Position numbers and translations under genes: made by a program. A stretch of DNA of 11,690 nt from Pseudomonadota bacterium (GTDB lineage Bacteria > Bdellovibrionota_B > Oligoflexia > Oligoflexales > CAIYRB01). Where the stretch lies: contig JANOTL010000101.1 of NCBI GenBank assembly GCA_031416315.1, positions 1 through 11,690 of the forward strand. The letters run 5' to 3'. Shown here in pieces: positions 5,438 to 11,690 of the stretch. The notes below the pieces were generated by a model. That model saw nothing but the letters and a program-made list of their open reading frames with translations. It ran no database searches and was not told where the DNA came from. How positions within the stretch are numbered: position 1 is the first letter of the stretch; the number at the start of each line of letters is the position of its first letter.

Positions 5438-7684
5438 ATGATCTACGTCACCGGCCTCTACTCCGGCCCCAGCCCCTCGGCCGGCCTCGGCGTCGCCCGC
5501 TGCCTCCGCGAAGGTCTGGCAAAGGTCGAGCTCGTCGGCGTCGACTTCTGGTCGGGAAGCTCGGGCCTGCATGATCCGATATTCGACCGCGTCCTGTTGA
5601 AGCCCTCCTGGGATTTGATCGAGGTCGACCTTCATGCCGAGGAGCTGTCGCAAGCGCTGGCGCAGGGCGGCGCCTGGCTGTCGACGCTCGACGTCGAGAT
5701 CGCTTGGCTCTCTCGCACCTTCGAGAGCGCGCCGGGGATGCTGACGCCCGGCTCGCGCGCCCTGGCGCAGACGGTGAAGCCGCACGCTTCCATCGGCTCG
5801 GTCCTGCCCCTGCGCGAGGCGAAGGTCATGCTCTTGAGCGACGAGCTCGCCGACGCGGACGTGCACGAGTTCTGCCGCCGCCACTCCTGGCGCGTCTGGC
5901 TGAAGGGGCCTTATCACGAGGCGCTTTACATCCGCAGCTGGCGGGATCTGGAGAATGCGCGCCGTTTTCTGGCCTTGCGCTGGAAGACGGAGGAGCTCTT
6001 CCTGCAAGCGCACGTGCGCGGGCTCGAGGAATCGGTGGCGTTCTGCGCCGTGAACGGCAAGCTCGTCGACGCCGTCGCCATGCACAAGCGCGTGACGACG
6101 CCCGACGGCAAGACCTGGGCCGGTCGCATCAGCGACGTGGCGCCCGCGATGCTGGCGGCCGTCGAGACCGCGGTGGCCAAGATGAATTGGACCGGCGGCG
6201 CCGAGATCGAGATCCTGCGCGACGCCGACGAGACGGCCTGGCTCCTTGAGATCAACCCGCGCTTTCCCGCGTGGATCTACGGCGCCGCGATCGCCGGCCG
6301 CAACTTGCCGGCGAAGCTCGCGAGCGCGGCCCTCGGGATCCCGCTGGCGCCGCTGCGCCGCCTCCAGGCGCAGGAGTTCACCCGCGTCGTCAGCGAGATT
6401 CCCGTGACGCCCGCCTATCCGCTGCCGGTGCCGGCTCAGCCCGATTACGCGACGATCGGCGCCGTCGGCAAGTACGGCGCGGCGCTTTCGAGCATCGTCG
6501 AGCTGCTCGGCGCGGCCGATGCGGCAGCGGCGAAGACGACCGATACCCCGAAAAAAGCCGCACCCGTGCGCCCCCTGGCGCCCGAGCTGGCCCGCGAGCT
6601 CGACGCGCTCGGGATCATGGTCGGCGCGACGCCGCAGCGGATGAACCTGGAAGACGTGAGCACGAGGCTCTTCGACGCGGCCCTGACCCGCGTGGTCGGC
6701 GAGTCCGAAGGCGTCGAGCGCCGCGTCGCGCTCAGCATCAAGACGGCGCCGGATCTCGCGCTCCTGCGGCAGGCACGGGTGCGCGGATTCTTTGCCGAGG
6801 CGATCTCCGCCTTGGAGGTGCGGCGTGCGGTCGAGGCCGGCTTTCCGCCGGGGGAGATCGTGCTCAACGGTCCCGGCAAATGGTGGCCGCAGACCGAGGT
6901 CGTGCCCGACGGCTTGCGCGCGGTCTTCTGCGACTCCGTGCCGGAGCTCGAGCGGTTGATCGCCTCGGGACGCCGGGATTTGGCCTGGGGCGTGCGCCTG
7001 CGCCTGCCCGCGTTCGACTCGCGTTTCGGCATTCCGGTGGAGGAGCCCGAAGCTTTCGCGGCGCTCGCCGGCGTGCTGTCGCGCATTCCGAAGGGGATCG
7101 AGCTCGGCGTGCATTTTCACATGGCGAGCAGCGGCATCGGCGTCGGCGTGTGGCTCGATGCGATCGAGTCGGCGCTGGCTTGGGCGGCGGCGCTCGAGGC
7201 GGCAACGGGCCGCGCGATCTCCATCGTCGACATGGGCGGCGGCTATCATCCGGACGATCTGGGGCGCTTGCCTTGGCCCGAGCTCTCGGCGCGCTGCCGC
7301 GAGCGCCTGCCGAAGGTGACGACGGTGATCGTGGAGCCCGGAAAAGCGCTGTCGCAGACGGCGATGGCGCTCGCGACGCGGGTCCTCGACGTCAGGCGGC
7401 GCGACGGCGAGGTCGAGGAGATCGTCGTCGACGCCTCGATCGCGGAGCTGCCCGTGGCGTCGCTGCATCCGCATCGTTTGGTGCGGCGCTCGGCCAACGG
7501 CATCCCCGAGGCGATCGGCCGCGGCAGAGGCCGTGTTTTGGGCAGGATCTGCATGGAAGACGACATCCTCGCGGCGAACGTCAACTTGCCGCCCGAGCTC
7601 GAGGTCGGAGATCTCCTCTGGATTCTCGACGCGGGCGCTTACGATTGGAGCATGTCTTATGGATTTGGACGCGGCGGCTACTGA
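5438..7684 (+). CDS. Fusion of an ATP-grasp carboxylate-amine ligase (N-terminal) and a PLP-dependent Orn/DAP/Arg (group IV) decarboxylase (C-terminal), 748 aa
   Basis: ATP-grasp part: IYVTG, VWLKGP, FLQAHVRGLE, KTWAG, WTGGAEIEIL, LLEINPRFPAW (E271, N273). Ala/Lys/Pro-rich linker near 6505-6580. Decarboxylase part: SIKT (PLP Lys435), AEAISALE, IVLNGPGK, GVHFHMAS, VDMGGGY, EPGK, GRICMEDD (Cys705), DAGAYDWSMS. Confidence 0.9.
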   Translation: MIYVTGLYSGPSPSAGLGVARCLREGLAKVELVGVDFWSGSSGLHDPIFDRVLLKPSWDLIEVDLHAEELSQALAQGGAWLSTLDVEIAWLSRTFESAPGMLTPGSRALAQTVKPHASIGSVLPLREAKVMLLSDELADADVHEFCRRHSWRVWLKGPYHEALYIRSWRDLENARRFLALRWKTEELFLQAHVRGLEESVAFCAVNGKLVDAVAMHKRVTTPDGKTWAGRISDVAPAMLAAVETAVAKMNWTGGAEIEILRDADETAWLLEINPRFPAWIYGAAIAGRNLPAKLASAALGIPLAPLRRLQAQEFTRVVSEIPVTPAYPLPVPAQPDYATIGAVGKYGAALSSIVELLGAADAAAAKTTDTPKKAAPVRPLAPELARELDALGIMVGATPQRMNLEDVSTRLFDAALTRVVGESEGVERRVALSIKTAPDLALLRQARVRGFFAEAISALEVRRAVEAGFPPGEIVLNGPGKWWPQTEVVPDGLRAVFCDSVPELERLIASGRRDLAWGVRLRLPAFDSRFGIPVEEPEAFAALAGVLSRIPKGIELGVHFHMASSGIGVGVWLDAIESALAWAAALEAATGRAISIVDMGGGYHPDDLGRLPWPELSARCRERLPKVTTVIVEPGKALSQTAMALATRVLDVRRRDGEVEEIVVDASIAELPVASLHPHRLVRRSANGIPEAIGRGRGRVLGRICMEDDILAANVNLPPELEVGDLLWILDAGAYDWSMSYGFGRGGY

Positions 7685-8288
7685 GCTTTCGCCTGCATGG
7701 CAGGCGGCGGCGACCTCGACCCTCGTCTCGCACGGCGCCTGCTGCGTGCAGGCGCGCGCCTGGCTTCTGGCCAGCGCTCGCTCTTTCGATTTCGCCCGCA
7801 GCGATCGGGCCACCTTCTCGGCACCGCGCTGGCTGACGCGCCGGTACGTGTGGGGCCCGACGCGGTGGCCGATCTCGTGGTGCGAGGCGGTGAAGGCGAA
7901 GACGATCGACTGCGGCGTGTTCGCCGTGTTCGCGCGGGAGATCTTTCGCGCCAAGGGCATCGAGGCTTACGGCGGGCAGGTGATCCGCAGCTACGACGCC
8001 GCCTCGCTCGCGCACTGGCGGGCGAAGTGGGCGCGCCATCCCGAGGCGTTCCCGTGGATCGGCGAAGACCAGGTATTTCACGAAATCGTCGTGGTCCGTA
8101 GCGGACGCGACACTGCGAGGATTTATGATCCGACCGACGGCATTTGGCTCGACTCCGGCACCTTCTCCGGCCACTACGGCCACGTCGCGATACGCGGCGA
8201 CAATCCCATCCCGCTCGATTGGGGCGCGACGCGCCTTCGTCGAGGGCAGTGGACGGCTCTGGGCCGGGCTCCGCGCCTCGACGCTTGA
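7659..8288 (+). CDS. Transglutaminase-like (papain-fold) protein with Cys-His-Asp triad, 209 aa
   Basis: ATG 7659 with GGAG SD at 7647-7650, overlapping the upstream gene by 26 nt. TIDCGVFAVFAREIFRAKGIEA (Cys85), VFHEIVVV (His141), IYDPTDG (Asp157) follow the transglutaminase-like core pattern. No signal peptide. Confidence 0.75.
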   Translation: MDLDAAATELSPAWQAAATSTLVSHGACCVQARAWLLASARSFDFARSDRATFSAPRWLTRRYVWGPTRWPISWCEAVKAKTIDCGVFAVFAREIFRAKGIEAYGGQVIRSYDAASLAHWRAKWARHPEAFPWIGEDQVFHEIVVVRSGRDTARIYDPTDGIWLDSGTFSGHYGHVAIRGDNPIPLDWGATRLRRGQWTALGRAPRLDA

Positions 8289-8301
8289 GGCTCTGCGCGC
8301 G

Positions 8302-9192
8302 GTGTCGATGACCGTGTTCGCGTCCGACTGGAAGGTCGGCTTGGGGCTCGCGCTCGGGCTTCTCCTCGTATCGCCGGGGCATGCGCTGGCCGGAGCGTTG
8401 GGGCTCGTCTGCGCGCACGTCGGCGCGAAGCTCGCACGAACGCCGGCGGATCTGGTGCGCGCCGGCTTGGGCGAGCTGAACGGCTGGTTCGCGGGGATTG
8501 CGGTGTTCAGCTGCTTTGCGGGAACGGTGCCGATCATTCTGCTGACGATCGCCGTTGGCGGGCTTTCCGGCGTCGGCGTCGCGCTGGTGAAGCGCGTTTT
8601 GGCGCCCTGGGATTTGCCGGTGCTGGTGGCGGGCTATCTGGCGCCGGTGTGGGTCGCGTTCGCGGCGCTCGGCGGCGTGTACGGCCGCGCCCTGCCCGAA
8701 GTCTCGGCGCTCTCCGAGCTCGGGCCGCTCGCGGCTTGGAGCCAAGGGGCGCTGCGCGGCTTGGGCGAGATCTTCTTCGTCCCGGATGCGCGCCTGGGAC
8801 TCGTGTTTCTCGCGGCGCTTGCGTGGACGTTTCGGCGGCAAGCGCTGTTCGCCGCGGGGGCGGCGGTTCTGGGCGTCGCGGTCGCCGATCTCGCCGGAGC
8901 CCCGGCGTGGTTCACGCAGCAAGGGCTCGGCGCCTTTGTCCCGGCTTTGGTCGCGGCGGCGGCGGCGAAGCGCTGCCAAGGTTTTGGCTGGGGTCTCGTC
9001 GCCGCGGCGGTCGTCCTCGGGCCCTTCGTCGAGTGGGCGGCGATCTCGGTGGCGGGGCGCTTGGGATTGCCCGCGCTTTCCATCGGTTACCTCGGATTCG
9101 TCTGGATCGCGGTGTGCGTGAAGCCGGTCGCCCATGACGGAATGGCATGGAAACCCATGCCGGACTATCAGAAAGACTCGAGTTTTATTTAA
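8302..9192 (+). CDS. Urea transporter (UT)-fold membrane channel, divergent; start uncertain (GTG 8302, ATG 8308 or ATG 8125)
   Basis: Highly hydrophobic, with two homologous halves: LRAVSMTVF...GLGLALGLL...AGLGELNG...LPVLVAGY and LRGLGEIFF...LGLVFLAAL...QGLGAFVP...LPALSIGY. This matches the UT repeat pattern LRGxxQVFF...GLxGxN...LPxLTxPF. Confidence 0.72.
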   Translation: MSMTVFASDWKVGLGLALGLLLVSPGHALAGALGLVCAHVGAKLARTPADLVRAGLGELNGWFAGIAVFSCFAGTVPIILLTIAVGGLSGVGVALVKRVLAPWDLPVLVAGYLAPVWVAFAALGGVYGRALPEVSALSELGPLAAWSQGALRGLGEIFFVPDARLGLVFLAALAWTFRRQALFAAGAAVLGVAVADLAGAPAWFTQQGLGAFVPALVAAAAAKRCQGFGWGLVAAAVVLGPFVEWAAISVAGRLGLPALSIGYLGFVWIAVCVKPVAHDGMAWKPMPDYQKDSSFI

Positions 9193-9225
9193 AATGTCGA
9201 CGATATTTCATGAATCCTATAGGAT
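9183..9225 (+). promoter_or_regulatory. Sigma70-type promoter TCGACG-N17-TAGGAT with AT-rich UP-like tract and overlapping palindrome ATCCTATAGGAT
   Basis: AT tract 9183-9194; -35 at 9197-9202; -10 at 9220-9225; perfect 12-bp palindrome 9214-9225; downstream GGAG (9241-9244) and in-frame GTG 9251. Confidence 0.55.
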
Positions 9226-9250
9226 GATCGGCATCGATCCGGAGAGCTTC

Positions 9251-11116
9251 GTGCCGTCTTCGCCGCTCAGCTCGAAAGCCTTTGCTTCGCCTGCCTTCTC
9301 CGCCTTCGTGCGCGGAGACTACGAGGCCGTGCTCGGGGGGCGGATCGACGTCGCCGAGCCGGTGGGCCGAGACGACGTCGCCTGGGTTATCGGGGCGCTC
9401 GCGTTCGTCGGGCGTATCGACGAGGCGGAGGCGCTGACGACGGCGCGCGGACCGGATCTCGATGCGGAGCCTCGCGCCGGCGCGCGCTTTTTCCTCGCCG
9501 TCGCCTTGGCTCGCGGCGGGCAAGCCGATCGCGCCCGGAAGCTCCTCGACTCGAGCTTCCGCGAAGCGCGCATCGACGGCGGCTGGATCCTCACGTTCTT
9601 CGCGGCGCAGGGTTACGCCTTTTTCCGCCACTACGAAGGCGTGCTCGGCGCGGCCCGGCTTTGGGCGCGGCAGGCGCTGAAGGCGGCGACTGCGGGCGGT
9701 TTCGGCTACGGGCGCGCGCTCGCGAGCGAGATGCTCGGCTTGGCGGAGCTCGACTCCGGGCTTACCCGCAGCGGCCTGCGGCACCTCGGTATCGCGCGGA
9801 AGATCGCCAGCGAGCTCGGCAAGGGCGCTTTGGGCCAGGCCTTCGACGCGAGCGACCTCTTCTATCGCTCGATGTATGGCTTGGCGCCGGCCGCGACGAT
9901 CGAAAAAGAGCTCGAGGCGGCGATCGAGAAATGCCGGTTCGAGGACAGCTACACGAAAGCGGAGCTGACCGTGGAGTTGGCGCGCGTGCACGTCTTGCAG
10001 GGGCGGTTGGCGCGCGCCGAGAAGCGCCTCGGCGAGGCGAGCCAGCTCGTGTATCAGATCGACAATCCCGCGCTCGAGGTCGACTACGCCGTCACCTTCG
10101 GCAACTTGCTGCGCCGGCGCGGCGAGCGGCTGCAAGCGCTTTCGATCGTGCGCGGCGCGAGGCGTCGCGCGGTGCCGCTCGGCGTGACGCGCAACGTTTT
10201 GCGGGCGACGGGACTCGAGTTGGCGCTGGCGCAGGAGCTGGAGCTTTACGACGACGCGGCGTCCCTCACCAGGGGACTGGCGCGTTTGACGCGAAGGTCT
10301 GGGAGCGCGCTGGCGGCTCGGATCGCGGCGCGCGGAGGTCGCGAGCGGCCTTACGTCGGTCGTCCGGGCGAGGACCCGCTCGGCGATCTCATCGACTTCG
10401 TGCATTCGCGCGACGACGCGGCGCTCGACGCCGTGGTGACGAGCGGCTGGCACGGCATCCTGGTCGACGCGTTGCGCGTCGGCGCCGACGAGCGCTGCAT
10501 CTATTTCGACGTCGAGCCGAGCTCGATCACCTTGATCGATCGCGGCGAGGTCCTGCATTTGCCCGGCGCGGGCGTCGGTCTCGTGCGCCGGCTGCTCACT
10601 GGCTTGGCCAGCGGGGCGCGCTCGAAGGAGCAGCTCGCGCAGGCGATCTGGGGACGGTCGTACAATCCGCTGCGGCACGACGGTCCAATTTATACGCTCG
10701 TGGCGAAGGCGCGGAAGACCCTCGGAGGCTTCGGCGAATGGATCGAGGCGTGCGAGATCGGCTATCGCCTGCGCGCGGGCGTGAGCGTGCGGCAACGCAG
10801 CTTGAGCCGCGAGCCCGTCCACGCCGCGGCGCCGCGCGCGAAGGAGCAGGTCGTAGAGGCGAAATCGGGCGTCGAGGCGCGGATCGCCGCGGCTTTGAAC
10901 GCGCGGCAGCAGACGATGCTGATGATGATGCGGGACGGCGAGGTCCTGGACCCGCGCACGGTCATGCAGCGGTTCGACATTTCGGATGCGACGGCGAGCC
11001 GCGATCTCGCGGGACTCGTCGAATTGAAGTTGGCGGAGCGCGTCGGCAAGGCGCGCTCGACCCGTTATTTGGCCCGCCGGAGCGATGCGCTTCCGGCTCG
11101 AGAGGGGATTCAGTGA
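9251..11116 (+). CDS. Transcriptional regulator: TPR-like helical region, OmpR/PhoB-type winged helix, and C-terminal DeoR-like winged helix (~621 aa; alternative starts 9194, 9224)
   Basis: Ala/Leu-rich helical repeats; SKEQLAQAIWGRSYNPLRHDGPIYTLVAKARKTL...GYRL (OmpR-type wHTH); LNARQQTML...FDISDATASRDLAGLVELKLAERVGKARSTRY (DeoR/Fic-tail-type wHTH). Confidence 0.85.
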   Translation: MPSSPLSSKAFASPAFSAFVRGDYEAVLGGRIDVAEPVGRDDVAWVIGALAFVGRIDEAEALTTARGPDLDAEPRAGARFFLAVALARGGQADRARKLLDSSFREARIDGGWILTFFAAQGYAFFRHYEGVLGAARLWARQALKAATAGGFGYGRALASEMLGLAELDSGLTRSGLRHLGIARKIASELGKGALGQAFDASDLFYRSMYGLAPAATIEKELEAAIEKCRFEDSYTKAELTVELARVHVLQGRLARAEKRLGEASQLVYQIDNPALEVDYAVTFGNLLRRRGERLQALSIVRGARRRAVPLGVTRNVLRATGLELALAQELELYDDAASLTRGLARLTRRSGSALAARIAARGGRERPYVGRPGEDPLGDLIDFVHSRDDAALDAVVTSGWHGILVDALRVGADERCIYFDVEPSSITLIDRGEVLHLPGAGVGLVRRLLTGLASGARSKEQLAQAIWGRSYNPLRHDGPIYTLVAKARKTLGGFGEWIEACEIGYRLRAGVSVRQRSLSREPVHAAAPRAKEQVVEAKSGVEARIAAALNARQQTMLMMMRDGEVLDPRTVMQRFDISDATASRDLAGLVELKLAERVGKARSTRYLARRSDALPAREGIQ

Positions 11117-11589
11117 TGAAATTCAATTGGTCGTGTGTCGCGGTGTTGGGATTGGTCGCAGGATCGGCGCTCGCGGATGACGTCGAAGGCTCTTACATGA
11201 TTCCGGCTTCGGACACGCTGTCCGCGCCGCTGGAGCTCGGGACCACGAAAGCCCGCTTCAAGAAGCTCGGCGCGACGGGCGCCGAGATCGTCTACGAGAT
11301 GCCCCGGGAAATCGACGGCGCCGACCCGCAGCGCTTCGTCCTGCGCGGCGAGATCGAAGGTGGTGAGTACCTGCTGAAGGGTAGCGGCGCCACGGGGCAT
11401 TGCCCATTGGAGGGTCAGGAAAGCGGCTGCCGGATCGAGTACGTCGGTCTCGTGCTGCAGGAAGAGGCCGCGGACGAATACGTCGCGAGCCTCGGGTCGT
11501 CTGCGGAGCAGGTGGAGCTGATGAAGACGGCGCGCGCATCGTTGGCGCGGCAAGGAGTGGGGATCTTGCGGCCGCGGGTGCTGGAGTGA
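11116..11589 (+). CDS. Secreted hypothetical protein, 157 aa
   Basis: TGATG overlap with the regulator stop; GAGGGG SD at 11102-11107; signal MKFNWSCVAVLGLVAGSALA; Cys pair in GHCPLEGQESGCRI. Confidence 0.85.
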   Translation: MKFNWSCVAVLGLVAGSALADDVEGSYMIPASDTLSAPLELGTTKARFKKLGATGAEIVYEMPREIDGADPQRFVLRGEIEGGEYLLKGSGATGHCPLEGQESGCRIEYVGLVLQEEAADEYVASLGSSAEQVELMKTARASLARQGVGILRPRVLE

Positions 11590-11633
11590 GCGCTGCTGCC
11601 TAGCAGCGGGGCCGAGTTCGAGAGAATCGAGAT

Positions 11634-11663
11634 GCCCTGCGCTTTCGGCGCGGGGCTTTTCGT
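11634..11663 (+). terminator. Rho-independent terminator
   Basis: GCCCTGCGC-TTTCG-GCGCGGGGC (9-bp stem, one G-U) followed by TTTTCGT. A second hairpin, CGCTGCT/AGCAGCG (11591-11608), sits just after the stop. Confidence 0.7.
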
Positions 11664-11690
11664 CGTTGAGTGGCGGCGGGTCGGCGGGGG

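Noticed and set aside
6620..7684. Calling the decarboxylase domain lysA
   Set aside because: It is fused to an ATP-grasp domain, has CMEDD and EPGK instead of CE and EPGR, and has no lysine-pathway context.
5405..7960. 851-aa antisense ORF opposite the ligase/decarboxylase gene
   Set aside because: Shadow ORF expected from high-GC codon bias; Arg/Ala-rich with no motifs, while the plus strand has clear catalytic motifs.
9185..11115. 545-aa antisense ORF and the long upstream extension of the 642-aa ORF (9661-11589)
   Set aside because: Alternative-frame shadows of the regulator. Only the last 157 aa of the 642-aa ORF have an SD and a signal peptide.
1..11690. tRNA, rRNA or known riboswitch
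   Set aside because: I recognised no cloverleaf, rRNA signature or riboswitch consensus by eye; an Infernal/Rfam scan would be needed to exclude them.

Overview
GC-rich bacterial window. The gene content (TIGR02147-type protein, TPR-like/winged-helix regulator with a 'Y-x-P-x-x-HD' motif, several orphan secreted proteins) suggests Bdellovibrionota/Oligoflexia; this is inference. Left to right: a decayed IS5-family remnant; two translationally coupled small membrane proteins on the minus strand (one absent from the ORF track) and a divergent 33-aa sORF; a TIGR02147-family protein coupled to an M23 peptidase lipoprotein; a TetR gene with a readable sigma70 promoter flanked by two palindromic operators; a SAM-methyltransferase pseudogene with an internal deletion, cut off at a palindromic repeat; two secreted orphan proteins; a three-gene operon; a dual-HTH regulator, a secreted protein and a terminator. 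The operon (5438-9192) is the best candidate for an undescribed system. It encodes an ATP-grasp ligase fused to a PLP-dependent group IV decarboxylase, a transglutaminase-like Cys-His-Asp enzyme, and a urea-transporter-fold channel whose urea-selectivity motifs are altered. Together these look like a carrier-protein-free amide/amine biosynthesis or peptide-tagging module. All family calls come from motif recognition by eye; no searches were run.
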